Of a stretch of DNA of 64,000 nt, positions 17,133 through 27,314 are shown piece by piece; the first letter of the stretch is position 1; every line of letters begins with the position of its first letter. The stretch lies in NCBI GenBank assembly GCA_028867135.1, contig JAGWGW010000003.1:12553-76552 (forward strand), read 5' to 3'. The DNA is from Candidatus Micrarchaeota archaeon. Lineage in GTDB: Archaea > Micrarchaeota > Micrarchaeia > Micrarchaeales > CABMGC01. Both the position numbers and the translations under genes were made by a program. Below the pieces are notes generated by a model. That model did no database searches, was not told the DNA's origin, and worked only from the letters and a program-made list of their open reading frames with translations.

Positions 17133-19940
17133 TCAGAAAACTGCCTCTATCGCCGGCCTTCCGGGCATTGCTCCATTCGCCCTTGCGGATTTTGAGTCCT
17201 CCTCCCTTTCGACCGACACGTCGCAATTGAGCATCGATGAAAGGTATCCTGAGGATTCCGAAAGCATTCTGTACTCGTCATCCTGCGTCACTTCGGTCTT
17301 CTGCAGCGAGTTGACCTTCTTGCCAAGGCCGGTCGCGTATGCCATCGCCTTCTCCTTGTCAAGGTCCTTGAAATCCTCCATCCCCTTCTTGATCGCGTCT
17401 ACCGCTGCGCTTATCTTCTTGCTCCCGGCAACAATGTTCGTTACAGGTCCCTTCCACTTGGCCGCTACTATGAACTTGACAGATCTCGGATGCGAGCCGT
17501 GCTTTCTCTTCATCAGCTCTACTATGGCTTTAGAGTCGTTTATTATGCTGTCGAGCATCAGCTCCTCGCTCTCTATCTTGTCGCTTATCATCTCCGGGTT
17601 CGGCGCGGGCCATTTCTCCACGGACGCAAAGCTTGAATTGCCTAGGATATGCCAGAGCTCCTCTGATACGTGCGGGGTTATTGGTGACAGGAGCAGGGAT
17701 ACGGCCGACACATAGTCCCTGACCACTATCCCGTTCGAGCCATTCCTGTTGAAATACCTCCTCAGCTCTATCGCAGAGTCGTAGAGGACGGTTGTCGCGT
17801 ACGCCCTCAGTTCTAGCTCCTCTATGCTCTCGCTTGCGCTCCTTATCTTCCTGTTGAGCTTTGAGTACAGCCAGTAGTCTATGTGTGACAGTTCCGAACT
17901 CTCCATGCTCTCCAGCTGCCTTGCCGTGTCGTATATGAAGTTCATCCTCTCGTCGACGCCCTTGACAGCGTCGGCGCTGAACTCCGAATCGCTGAAGAGA
18001 TCCGCTCCTGCCACGACCACGAACCTTATGAGGTCTGCGCCGTACTTCTCTATTCCGTCGATGAGCGGCACTATGTTGCCCAGACTCTTGGACATCTTCT
18101 CCCCTTCGCTGAGCACGGAGCCGTTGACCACTATCTGCTTCGGCCACCTCCTCTCTTCAAGAATTGCGACGTGGTTGTAGATGTACATTGTCAGGTGGTT
18201 GAATATCAGGTCGACACCGGAATGCCTTGACGTATTGACGTACCAGTAGTCGAAGGATTCCCTGCATCTCTTTATGGTCTCGTAGTCTATGCCCGTTGAT
18301 TTCGATACGCTTTCCGAGTCGCCGCTGTTTAGGAACACGTAGCTGAAGAATTCCGGCTTGAGGTTTTCCGGGTTTATGCCCCTTATGATGTTCGATATGG
18401 TGTAGAATGCCATGTATATCGTGGAGTCCGAAAGCGATTCTATGATATAGTTGTTGTCAAGGGGGAACTTGGTGCCAAGGCCCTGCGCCCTTGCGACAGC
18501 CCTCAGGTCTATCCAGTCGATAGCGGACTCGAAAGCCTTCCTGGATTTCACTGGCAGTATCTTTATGTTGCTGAAGGCTCTTTTTGTCTTCTCCTTCCAC
18601 TCCTTGTCCCCGTAGTTGATGAACCACTGGTTGTCGACCACCTTGACCACGACCCCGTAGCCGCACCTGCAGTACACCGGCAGGTTGACAAGTATGTACA
18701 TCTCTATCGCTTGCTTCTTGCCAAGCAGTTCAGCCGTTATTCTCTCCCTGGCCTCGTTTTCAGAAAGCCCTTCGTATCCCTTGATGGCCATCCTGCCCAT
18801 GTGCGACTCCTCCTTGTATTCGAGTTTCGTCGCCTTCTCTATGTCCTCGAAAGAGCCATTCGCATCGGTCTGCGCTATCTTGAGGTACGCAAGCGATGGG
18901 ATTGGGTAGCCCTTTCCTGGGATGTCGAGCACCTTTATCGGCGTGATGCCGGTTGCCTGCCCCTCGTTCTTGAGCCTCTCTATTGCAGAGTAATCGAAAG
19001 GGGCATGAGCAGGAACGCTCATCACTATACCCGTGCCCATCTCCTTGTTGACGAAGAAGCCAGGAAGCACAGGTATTGCGTTGCCGCTGATGCCTATGCA
19101 TCTCTTCTGGAGCATCTCCTGCGGCGGAACGTCCTTGATGTATTCGACGCCCATCTGGTACTTGAGTATCTCGGCAGCCGCCTTGGAAAGATAGAGCACC
19201 TCGCCGTCAACCTTGTACTGCGCATAGCTCGCTTCCTTGTTTATGAAAAGGTTTGTGACTCCGAAGACGGTCTCTGGCCTGTAGGTGGTGCATGCCATGT
19301 AGCTCTCCTCACCGTCGACCTTGAACTTTATGGCTATCTGCTTCTCTATCTCAGGCTCTACGTCATGCTTGGTGTCGTGCATGCCGACTGCGTTGTTCTC
19401 GTTGGGGCACCACCCTACAGGGTGCCTTCCCTTCACGAGCAGCCTCCTGTCGTCAAGCATCTTGAACTGCCATTCTATGAACTTGCTGAAGAAGGGCTCT
19501 ATGGACGTGAACTTCCTCCTCCAGTCTATGCTGTAGCCTGCTCTCCTCATCCCGTTCTCGATCTCGGCAACAAAGTAGTTCGCTATGTAAAGCGGATCCG
19601 TCATCTTCTTCAGTTCCTCTTCAGGAACGTGGAACATCTTAAGTTCGTTGATAAGATCTGCGTCGTTGTTCTTTAGCCTCTTGGCAAAGGCAAGTATAGG
19701 AGTGCCTGTCCCGTGGAAGGCCATGGGAAACAGCACATTGAGGCCCTTCATCCTCTTGTACCTCGCTATGACGTCGCCTGTTCCGTAGGCCCTTAGGTGG
19801 CCTATGTGCTGCGGCGCGTTGGGGTACGGGAATGCTACCGTGATGAAGAAGGACTCCCTGTCGCTGACGTTGCCTTCGAACAGGTGAGCCTTATCCCATT
19901 CTGACTGCCATTTAGCCTCTATGCCCTTGTAATCAATCAC
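17133..19940 (-). CDS. leuS: Leucyl-tRNA synthetase (archaeal type)
   Basis: 935 aa; PYPNAPQHIGHLRAY (HIGH) and KMSKSLGN (KMSKS). Confidence 0.95.
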   Translation of the reverse strand: MIDYKGIEAKWQSEWDKAHLFEGNVSDRESFFITVAFPYPNAPQHIGHLRAYGTGDVIARYKRMKGLNVLFPMAFHGTGTPILAFAKRLKNNDADLINELKMFHVPEEELKKMTDPLYIANYFVAEIENGMRRAGYSIDWRRKFTSIEPFFSKFIEWQFKMLDDRRLLVKGRHPVGWCPNENNAVGMHDTKHDVEPEIEKQIAIKFKVDGEESYMACTTYRPETVFGVTNLFINKEASYAQYKVDGEVLYLSKAAAEILKYQMGVEYIKDVPPQEMLQKRCIGISGNAIPVLPGFFVNKEMGTGIVMSVPAHAPFDYSAIERLKNEGQATGITPIKVLDIPGKGYPIPSLAYLKIAQTDANGSFEDIEKATKLEYKEESHMGRMAIKGYEGLSENEARERITAELLGKKQAIEMYILVNLPVYCRCGYGVVVKVVDNQWFINYGDKEWKEKTKRAFSNIKILPVKSRKAFESAIDWIDLRAVARAQGLGTKFPLDNNYIIESLSDSTIYMAFYTISNIIRGINPENLKPEFFSYVFLNSGDSESVSKSTGIDYETIKRCRESFDYWYVNTSRHSGVDLIFNHLTMYIYNHVAILEERRWPKQIVVNGSVLSEGEKMSKSLGNIVPLIDGIEKYGADLIRFVVVAGADLFSDSEFSADAVKGVDERMNFIYDTARQLESMESSELSHIDYWLYSKLNRKIRSASESIEELELRAYATTVLYDSAIELRRYFNRNGSNGIVVRDYVSAVSLLLSPITPHVSEELWHILGNSSFASVEKWPAPNPEMISDKIESEELMLDSIINDSKAIVELMKRKHGSHPRSVKFIVAAKWKGPVTNIVAGSKKISAAVDAIKKGMEDFKDLDKEKAMAYATGLGKKVNSLQKTEVTQDDEYRMLSESSGYLSSMLNCDVSVEREEDSKSARANGAMPGRPAIEAVF

Positions 19941-19980
19941 AGAACCACAGCAGAGATATTCCTATTACAAACTTTTAACC

Positions 19981-21123
19981 TTATGCACTGCCGTTATTCG
20001 CTTCCATCTTGTGGAATATGTCGCTGAAGACCTCGACTATCCTCGATGTGGAGAACATGTCCAGGTTCTGCACGTTTTTTATGAAACTGGCCTTCTCGCT
20101 GCTCCTAACCATGCTGACGAGCATTGTGGGTATCTCCCTCTCCTTGACTACCATGCACATATCCTTGACCTCTGTAGGCATGGGAGAGTAATCCGGAAGC
20201 AGGACAGGAGTGCCGAGCGCTATTGACTCTATCGCAACTATTCCTAGTCCTTCCCTTTCAGACATGTGCAGCATCACAGAGGATTCCATTATCTCCTTGT
20301 AGAACTCTGCCTTATTCTTGAAGAATCCGACGATCTTGACGTTGTTGGCAAGCCTCCTGTCATGCACGATTCTCTCTATCCTGCTCTGCTCCGGCCCTTT
20401 TCCTATTATGATAGCCTTTATTGCAGGTTCCTTTTTCGCTGCGCTAGCGAGAGCGGCCAGGAGCTTGTCGACCCTTTTCTCCTTTATGAGCCTTCCTGAG
20501 AAGATGACCTGCTTGTAGTCCATCTGCTTGAACTTCTGCCTTGCAGCCTTCGTCTCCTCGCTGTCCAGCACTGGGGAGAAGACGGTGATCCTGCCCTCGT
20601 CTATCCCTATGCCTTGCAGCACCCTTGCCGTGTCGCTGGAGTTGGCTATGTAATGGTCTGCGCCCCTTATGGCCATCATAGAGAAACTGTACGCAATGCT
20701 TCCGAAAGCGCCGAGGTAATTTTTCCAGTAGTCCCTGCTCCAGACCTCGGCCACCTGCACTACGAGCTTCGATCCGCTGAGAGCGCGATAGAGCTTTAGC
20801 ACAGGGAGATGGAGCATCGGGAATTGGTCGGTTACTACAACATCGAATCTCTTTCCGAAGACCCTTAGAAGGCCAAGCGCATAGAATGCTGCCTCGCGCA
20901 CCGACCTCCTGCCGTGCCTGTAAAGCTTTTCCTGCGACACATTGTGGAACGTATGGTACATTATCCTGTCCTTGGTCTGTCTTCTCTTCATGCCCGGCCA
21001 TCTAAGAGTGAAGAAATGCACCTCATGCTCCTTTGCGAGCTCCTTTGCTTCCATGTAGTTTATCGCCTCTATGCCGCCTACGTGCCATGGATACGCAACG
21101 TCGTAGGCGAAAGCTATTTTCAT
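19981..21123 (-). CDS. Glycosyltransferase, GT4-like (GT-B fold)
   Basis: Start taken at MKIAFAYDVAYPWHVGG (ATG at 21123, 4 nt after the carbamoyltransferase stop). C-terminal ...SEREGLGIVAIESIALGTPVL motif (E-x7-E type). Confidence 0.8.
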   Translation of the reverse strand: MKIAFAYDVAYPWHVGGIEAINYMEAKELAKEHEVHFFTLRWPGMKRRQTKDRIMYHTFHNVSQEKLYRHGRRSVREAAFYALGLLRVFGKRFDVVVTDQFPMLHLPVLKLYRALSGSKLVVQVAEVWSRDYWKNYLGAFGSIAYSFSMMAIRGADHYIANSSDTARVLQGIGIDEGRITVFSPVLDSEETKAARQKFKQMDYKQVIFSGRLIKEKRVDKLLAALASAAKKEPAIKAIIIGKGPEQSRIERIVHDRRLANNVKIVGFFKNKAEFYKEIMESSVMLHMSEREGLGIVAIESIALGTPVLLPDYSPMPTEVKDMCMVVKEREIPTMLVSMVRSSEKASFIKNVQNLDMFSTSRIVEVFSDIFHKMEANNGSA

Positions 21124-21127
21124 TTTT

Positions 21128-22828
21128 TTACCTGCCTTCCTTGTTCTCAACGAAGTAATCGCCGATGAACATGTACCTTGTCTTGGTCTTGACCATGGTG
21201 TCAACGGCATCCTCGGGGCTCGCGACTATCGGCATGCCGTGTATGTTGAAGCTGGTGTTGAGCACGACCCCGTAGCCGCTCTTCCTCTTCACGCTCTCGA
21301 GCAGGGCCTTGTAGTCCCTGTTCTCATCGCCCACCATCTGCGGCCTTGCAGTCATGTCGATGTGCATCACGGACCTCATGACGACAGACCTGTCCTTCCT
21401 GACCTTGTATGCCATTGTCATGAACCTGTCGTATCCTTTCACATCTTCAAGCAGGTTATCCGCCTCGTCCCTGAGCATCGAAGGCGCGAAGGGTTGGTAC
21501 CATTCGCGCTGCTTGACGAGGGTGTTGAGCTTGTCCCTGACGTTGTCGGAGCTCGCCTTCGCGAGTATAGACCTGTTTCCCAGCGCCCTTGGCCCGTACT
21601 CCATCCGGCCGTTGAACCAGAATAGATAGTTGTCCTCGTTTATCAGATCGGCAGCGTGCGACGCTTTGCTTTCCGACTCCTCGAAATGGAGCTTGCCGTG
21701 CCTCTTCAGCACCTCTTCTATCACCTCATTGCCGTATTCATTGCCAAGGTACGCGTTGTCGAACCCGTAGCCGCTCCTTCCGCTCTCTAGGTAATTCGCG
21801 TACAGCGCCGCGCCAAGGGCTATGCCGCCGTCGCCCATGTGCGGGAATATGTACCAGTTCTTCAGTTTCGGAAGCATCCTTATCCTCATGTTCGCCTTCA
21901 CGTTGGACATTATGCCCCCTGCCATTGCCACAGAGTCGATCCCGTACTCGTCGATGCAGTTGCCGAAGAAGCTTTCAAGAATATTCTCGAGCAGCTGCTG
22001 CGCCATGTACGCGAACTGCTCCCTTGGCATTCCCCAGGATATCCTTTCCAGCATCTGGTACTGCTTCACCGGTCCGTACCTTGCCTTTATCTGGCTGCCA
22101 CTTACAGAATAGAAGTCCCTGAGCTTGTTCTCCTCGAAGGTAAACGGATAGGAGTAATCGGCCATCGCCATGACCTTGCCCTCGTCCTCCAGCTCCCTCA
22201 TTCCTACGAGGTTGGTCACCTGCTCGAAGAATATGCCTATAGAATCGCGAACGCTTATCGACTTCTTCCTTTCCAGTTTTCCGTTCTCCAGGGTGCTTAT
22301 GGAGCCTGACAATCCGTCCCCAACTCCGTCTAGCGTGACTACAAGGGCCTTGTCGAAACCAGACGTGAATGCTGCTGTGGCGGCGTGAGCAGCGTGATGG
22401 TCTATCGCATGAAGCTTGAAGTTGCCGAAGCCTATGTGCTTCAGCTCCCTCGATATCAGCGCCTTGCTGATGTGGCCGCTGAACGGGAGCACTCCTACCG
22501 ATGTCATCATGTACTTGGAGAAGTGCATCTGCCTCTCGAGCATGGGCTTGAGCATCTTCCTTCTCCTGAACCTGTAGTAGCTCTCCTTCTGCTGCGGGAA
22601 TATCCTTGATAGCGTCTTCGTGAACTCTATTGTAGGAAAGGCTACGACGCTGACATCTGACGGCTTTATCCTCGCGTATTCGAGCGCGTTGATTATCGAA
22701 TTGTATGGGAACTTTACCTCCAGCTTTCTCTTTGTATACCTCTCCTCGTTCGCAGCGAATATGATCTTGTCATCCTCAATCAGGGCTGCGCCTGAGTCAT
22801 GGCCGTCCCATACGCCAAGGATATACAT
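21128..22828 (-). CDS. Carbamoyltransferase (NodU/CmcH family)
   Basis: MYILGVWDGHDSGAALIEDDKIIFAANEERYTKRK, ...DHHAAHAATA..., C-terminal ...VLNTSFNIHGMPIV. Confidence 0.85.
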   Translation of the reverse strand: MYILGVWDGHDSGAALIEDDKIIFAANEERYTKRKLEVKFPYNSIINALEYARIKPSDVSVVAFPTIEFTKTLSRIFPQQKESYYRFRRRKMLKPMLERQMHFSKYMMTSVGVLPFSGHISKALISRELKHIGFGNFKLHAIDHHAAHAATAAFTSGFDKALVVTLDGVGDGLSGSISTLENGKLERKKSISVRDSIGIFFEQVTNLVGMRELEDEGKVMAMADYSYPFTFEENKLRDFYSVSGSQIKARYGPVKQYQMLERISWGMPREQFAYMAQQLLENILESFFGNCIDEYGIDSVAMAGGIMSNVKANMRIRMLPKLKNWYIFPHMGDGGIALGAALYANYLESGRSGYGFDNAYLGNEYGNEVIEEVLKRHGKLHFEESESKASHAADLINEDNYLFWFNGRMEYGPRALGNRSILAKASSDNVRDKLNTLVKQREWYQPFAPSMLRDEADNLLEDVKGYDRFMTMAYKVRKDRSVVMRSVMHIDMTARPQMVGDENRDYKALLESVKRKSGYGVVLNTSFNIHGMPIVASPEDAVDTMVKTKTRYMFIGDYFVENKEGR

Positions 22829-22845
22829 AGAACCACTAGATTAGC

Positions 22846-25035
22846 TCAGCGAGTGCTTATCAAACTGCTGATATTGCCGACTATGCTCTGGTACGCCTCG
22901 CAAGCTGTCCATGCATTCGGTTCCTTACCCTCCCTTATGAGCTTCCTTACCTCGTCGGCCTCGCTGTTCTTCCATATTGGCATCAGGTCGTAGTTGCTCT
23001 CCTTTATGTTTCCTATCTTCCTTCCCCACATTATCGAGGGATAAACATTCCCGTAGCTGTCAAGGAACAGCGAAGCGTCAAGGCTCTTCGACTTCATGGG
23101 GGAATTTCCTGTCTCGATGTACTTGACAAGGTTCCTGAGAAACACGTTCTCGACAAGAGGTATCGCGCCCATCTCGAAATGCTTGTTCTTGATAAGGGTC
23201 TTGACATCGTTCGCTATCATGTCCTGCTGCGCCTTTATGTCGAGGTTCGCGTTCTTGTAGTATGAATCGGATATCTGCCCTACATTTACATGGAAGTTGT
23301 TGTACGTAACCCATGGGAGCTCCTGCTTGACCCCTTCATATGTCTTCTGCAGCTCCCCTTGGTTGAACTTGCTCATAGTGTATCCGAATATGAAGAAGAG
23401 GTTCTTGTATATGACCTGCAACTCCCTCAGCTTTCTGGCCATGTCGATGACCTTGTCGAAGTTGCCCTTTACTCCTCTTATCTTGTCGTGGAGTTCGCGG
23501 TGGCCGTCAAGGCTCAGCGTTATCGACACCTTCGGTATGCCAAGCTTGAGTATCTCCTCTATCTTCCTAAGCTCCATCTCTGGATTGCAGAGGGAATTGG
23601 TCGGCATCGTTAGTATGTAAAGGTCCTTCGAGTTTTCCTTGAATGCCTTTACTATCTCGACTATGTCGCTCCTGAGGAACGGCTCTCCGCCAGTAATCTC
23701 TATCCATTTGAAATAGTCGTTCTTCTTTGCAAACTCCTGTATCTCCTGCAATGACAGCTCTCCTTTCGGCCTTATCTCCCAGATATTGCAATTATGTACT
23801 ATCGCATTTGAAACAAGGTATGTATTGTCGCTTGTTTCGATGTTATGAACTGTGCCCGTATATTGAATCTTTTCGATTTTTCTAATCGGATGCAAAAAAT
23901 AATTACCAAGGCGCTTAGCATACCTGATATTAGGATTTCTCGAATATGTGATCATGTATACATCGTGATAGTTAACTTCGTGATCATAGAATTTCCCTCT
24001 TTCTTTATGTACATGAGTTATACGTGAGAAAATTCCTAGAGAAGCATATGCCAACTGGAGCTGTAGCGCCAGAGTTTTCGACACGGTAGAACCGTAGAAT
24101 ACATCGCCTTTCCAGTATCCGTCGCCGTCTTCCCAGCCCTTTAGAAATGCCTTGAGTACCGAATCGTCCTTGTTGAACAGGACAAAATCAGGGATTTTTT
24201 TATTGAGCGCGCCTGTTCCGCACCAATCTTTAAATGCTCTTGAAATAATAATCGAATTGAGATTGCATTGGGTGCAATGTATATTGTAGATTTTAGACGT
24301 AGTTTTTGTGACTGAATAGCCTAGCTTTCGCGCTATTTGTTTAACTTTCTCATGAAGATGAGTTTCTTTTATATTGAAAGAAAACCTGGCACCATTTGAA
24401 GCTGGACATCCCTCTGCAGTATATATGCCTAACAACCATGCGGTATCTTCATCTAATTTAAAAATCAACGAATGCCCTTTTCCTCTTGAAATCGCTTCGC
24501 CGCGGTTTCTAGTAAATGACGCTAGGTTTAGTTCTTTAATATCTAAAGCGCGCTTTATGACAGGCACGCAAAGATAATCTCCGTCTACGAACGAGGTTTT
24601 AGGTTTAACATCCTTTGCTTCTTTCCATGTGGGCTCTTTGAATTCGTAGGTGCGATAATACTCGTATTTGTTAGTTGCAAGGCGAGAGTGATGCCTTTTT
24701 GTTTTCGATTCGGCTATAAGAAGCGGATGCTCTGGCGTTGCTTTTACAGGTAAAAGACCCAAAGCCTTTATTTTGATCATTTCTCCTGAATAGGATCTTG
24801 AAAAAGTCTGTGAGATTTCATTTAATCCGTTTGCTCCTGCAGCTTGATCCCCGATTTTCAAATCTATGATTGGCTTATTGTCGCCTAGTATTATCTCATC
24901 GGGCTGCACACATGTGATGCACCTGCTCTGGCACCAGTAGGTGATAGAGAAGGTCAGCTTGTACGGCCTTCCGAGGTTTGTGAAATTGCTCTTCAGAGCA
25001 GTAGCTCCTAGGCCTATAAACTTGGCTGTATTCAT
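22846..25035 (-). CDS. Radical SAM enzyme interrupted by an intein (precursor 729 aa; extein 355 aa)
   Basis: The extein junction restores YWCQSRCIT-C-NIWE, i.e. CxxxCxxC. Downstream GGEPFLR and the rest of a radical SAM core. First gene of the rSAM, carbamoyltransferase, GT4 operon. Confidence 0.85.
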   Translation of the reverse strand: MNTAKFIGLGATALKSNFTNLGRPYKLTFSITYWCQSRCITCVQPDEIILGDNKPIIDLKIGDQAAGANGLNEISQTFSRSYSGEMIKIKALGLLPVKATPEHPLLIAESKTKRHHSRLATNKYEYYRTYEFKEPTWKEAKDVKPKTSFVDGDYLCVPVIKRALDIKELNLASFTRNRGEAISRGKGHSLIFKLDEDTAWLLGIYTAEGCPASNGARFSFNIKETHLHEKVKQIARKLGYSVTKTTSKIYNIHCTQCNLNSIIISRAFKDWCGTGALNKKIPDFVLFNKDDSVLKAFLKGWEDGDGYWKGDVFYGSTVSKTLALQLQLAYASLGIFSRITHVHKERGKFYDHEVNYHDVYMITYSRNPNIRYAKRLGNYFLHPIRKIEKIQYTGTVHNIETSDNTYLVSNAIVHNCNIWEIRPKGELSLQEIQEFAKKNDYFKWIEITGGEPFLRSDIVEIVKAFKENSKDLYILTMPTNSLCNPEMELRKIEEILKLGIPKVSITLSLDGHRELHDKIRGVKGNFDKVIDMARKLRELQVIYKNLFFIFGYTMSKFNQGELQKTYEGVKQELPWVTYNNFHVNVGQISDSYYKNANLDIKAQQDMIANDVKTLIKNKHFEMGAIPLVENVFLRNLVKYIETGNSPMKSKSLDASLFLDSYGNVYPSIMWGRKIGNIKESNYDLMPIWKNSEADEVRKLIREGKEPNAWTACEAYQSIVGNISSLISTR
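23791..24912 (-). mobile_element. Intein (374 aa) with LAGLIDADG homing-endonuclease domain, inside the radical SAM gene
   Basis: Begins at Cys42 (CVQPDEIILGD), ends ...AIVHN415, and the +1 residue is Cys. LAGLIDADG-type blocks WLLGIYTAEG and FLKGWEDGDGY. The DNA is visibly more AT-rich than the flanking extein. Confidence 0.85.
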
Positions 25036-25099
25036 GCAATGAAATGGCCGAAACAGGTTAATATATATTGCGATTTATTTATATCGTGAAAGTGACCGA

Positions 25100-25771
25100 A
25101 TGGGGAGGCCTTCTGTTTCTATAGTGATACCGACGCTCAATGAGGAGAAGAACATAGGTGTGCTCATAAGGGAGATAAAGAGGATGCTCGACGGGAGGAA
25201 CTACGAGATAATAATAGTCGACGGCAACTCGGCTGATAACACCGCAAAGATAGCGAGTGGAATGGGGGCAAGGGTGCTCCTGGACGATGTTGGAAAGGGC
25301 TCTGCACTGATAAAGGGATTGAGAACGGCGAAGGGAGATATAGTCGTATCTATGGATGCGGACCTCTCCCACGAACCTAGAGAGCTTGCTCTTCTTATAG
25401 CGGGCGTTGAGGCTGGGTACGACATCTGCATGGGATCAAGGTTCATTCCAGGAGGAAGGACCGAGGATATGACAGCCTTCAGGAGATTCGGGAACTGGGT
25501 TTTCGTAACCATGGTCAATGTGCTGTTCGGAGCCCATTACACGGACATGTGCTACGGTTACAGAAGCTTCAGGAAGGGCATCTTCCAGAAGCTCGGGCTG
25601 AAGGAGGAGGGATTCGGCATCGAGACCGAGATAAACATAAAGGCGGTAAAGAAAGGGCTCAGCATCATAGAGATACCGAGCACCGAGAAGATGAGGAACG
25701 CGGGAGTGGGGAAGCTACGCACGTTCCACGATGGGTACGTGATACTTAGGACGATACTCGCAAATATCTGA
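25100..25771 (+). CDS. GT2 glycosyltransferase (dolichyl-phosphate sugar synthase-like)
   Basis: VSIVIPTLNEEKNI, ...VSMDADLSHEP (DxD region). Confidence 0.8.
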   Translation: MGRPSVSIVIPTLNEEKNIGVLIREIKRMLDGRNYEIIIVDGNSADNTAKIASGMGARVLLDDVGKGSALIKGLRTAKGDIVVSMDADLSHEPRELALLIAGVEAGYDICMGSRFIPGGRTEDMTAFRRFGNWVFVTMVNVLFGAHYTDMCYGYRSFRKGIFQKLGLKEEGFGIETEINIKAVKKGLSIIEIPSTEKMRNAGVGKLRTFHDGYVILRTILANI

Positions 25772-25775
25772 TCGG

Positions 25776-26942
25776 CTAGTGTGGCCCTACTATCTTTATG
25801 ACGTCGTTGTCCTTAAGGACATGGTCCCTTGCAAGGCGCATCTTAGTCTTTGCGTCAACTGCATACTTCATGCCCTTTGCAAGCTCGGTGTGCACCTTCT
25901 CCGCAAGCTGAAGCGCAGTGGAACCGTTCTTTACCAGTATTGCGTCAGGAAGCACATTCCCGAAATGGTCAGTGTATTTGTTCTCATCTTCTACTGGATA
26001 TACGACTATGTTGGAGAGGAAACTGAACACTGCTGCATCAAGGATCTCGTTTACCCCTGTCGAGCCCCTTTCCTTGATGTATCTCGAGATGTACTCTAGT
26101 GCATCCTTCTTGTCCTTCTGCAATCCCTCCTTTATTGCAAGCCCCTTTTCCGATATCCCTACAGCACCGCCTTTCTCGGCCTTCCTCAGCGCGAGCTCGA
26201 GCATGGCGCTGCATCCTATTACGGTATAGCCTGGCAGCCTGTTCCTGAGCCCGTCCAGATCCTTGTTGGATGCCTTGTCGCATTTGTTGGCTGCTATTAT
26301 CGTCGGTTTTATGAGCTTGAGCAGCTCCTTTGAGAACTTCAGTATATCGTGGTCGTTCCAGGCCACCCCTGACAATGGAAGGAAGGAGCGTTCAGCCGCC
26401 TTCCTTATCTGCTCCTGGCTTGCCCTGAACCCGGAGAGAAGCTCTGCGAGAGCCTTGTCAGCATCCCCCCTCTTCGATATCGTGTTGCTGTGCTTTGAGA
26501 TGATTCCGGCAAGCCACCTGGCGATTTCATCGCTCACCATCTTTACCTCTTCGGCAGGGTCCTGGTATTCTGCCTGCTTTCCGTTCATGTCGGTCTTTCC
26601 CGTAATGTCAACAACCTGTATCAGGACATCTGCGTTAGCGAGATCGTTCAGGAACTGGTTGCCCATTCCTTTGCCGAGGTGCGCTCCGGGAACAAGCCCT
26701 GCAACGTCCATGATGTTCACCGGCAACTGCCTTATTCCGTTGATGCACAGAGAATTCCTTGGATTGCATTTCACCCCCAGCTCCTTTTCGACGCATTCCT
26801 TCTTCGCGTACGCGACACCCATGTTTGGGTTTATGGTGGTGAAAGCATAATCGGCGATGTCGGCCTCGGCTAGCGTCATGGCCGAGAAAAGCGTCGACTT
26901 GCCCTTGTTAGGGGCTCCAACAAGACCTATGAGCATTGGCAA
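25776..26942 (-). CDS. OBG/YchF-related GTPase with C-terminal TGS-like domain
   Basis: GLVGAPNKGKSTLF (G1), DVAGLVPGA (G3), NKCD (G4), C-terminal ...VLKDNDVIKIV. Confidence 0.75.
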   Translation of the reverse strand: MPMLIGLVGAPNKGKSTLFSAMTLAEADIADYAFTTINPNMGVAYAKKECVEKELGVKCNPRNSLCINGIRQLPVNIMDVAGLVPGAHLGKGMGNQFLNDLANADVLIQVVDITGKTDMNGKQAEYQDPAEEVKMVSDEIARWLAGIISKHSNTISKRGDADKALAELLSGFRASQEQIRKAAERSFLPLSGVAWNDHDILKFSKELLKLIKPTIIAANKCDKASNKDLDGLRNRLPGYTVIGCSAMLELALRKAEKGGAVGISEKGLAIKEGLQKDKKDALEYISRYIKERGSTGVNEILDAAVFSFLSNIVVYPVEDENKYTDHFGNVLPDAILVKNGSTALQLAEKVHTELAKGMKYAVDAKTKMRLARDHVLKDNDVIKIVGPH

Positions 26943-27007
26943 TCATCTTCATTAGTATGCATCTAAGAAAGGCTTATATACTTTATAATGAATGGTGAAT
27001 AGGTTGC

Positions 27008-27286
27008 ATGCCAAGCGAGAAGAAAAACGTTGTTACTGTAGACCCGTCACTGATCATGCAGAGAGTGCTGCACTATAGGGAGAGGCACCACGGCTGGCAC
27101 ATATTCAAGAGGATGTACTGGGCACTGTACCTTGTAGTCATTTCGTTGTTCCTGCTTTACTACTACTCGATACAGTTCACGCTCAATACCTTCCTGGGGG
27201 TTTCTATGCTCCTTTTCGCAGTCATGCTGATAATCTACGGTCTTGCAGAGGCTCTGCATCACAAGCTGATGAAGAGATACGGCTAA
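27008..27286 (+). CDS. Small membrane protein (92 aa, 2 TM)
   Basis: Two hydrophobic helices. No motif. Confidence 0.45.
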   Translation: MPSEKKNVVTVDPSLIMQRVLHYRERHHGWHIFKRMYWALYLVVISLFLLYYYSIQFTLNTFLGVSMLLFAVMLIIYGLAEALHHKLMKRYG

Positions 27287-27314
27287 CCGCTGCTTTACAG
27301 GCAACCTGATTTGA

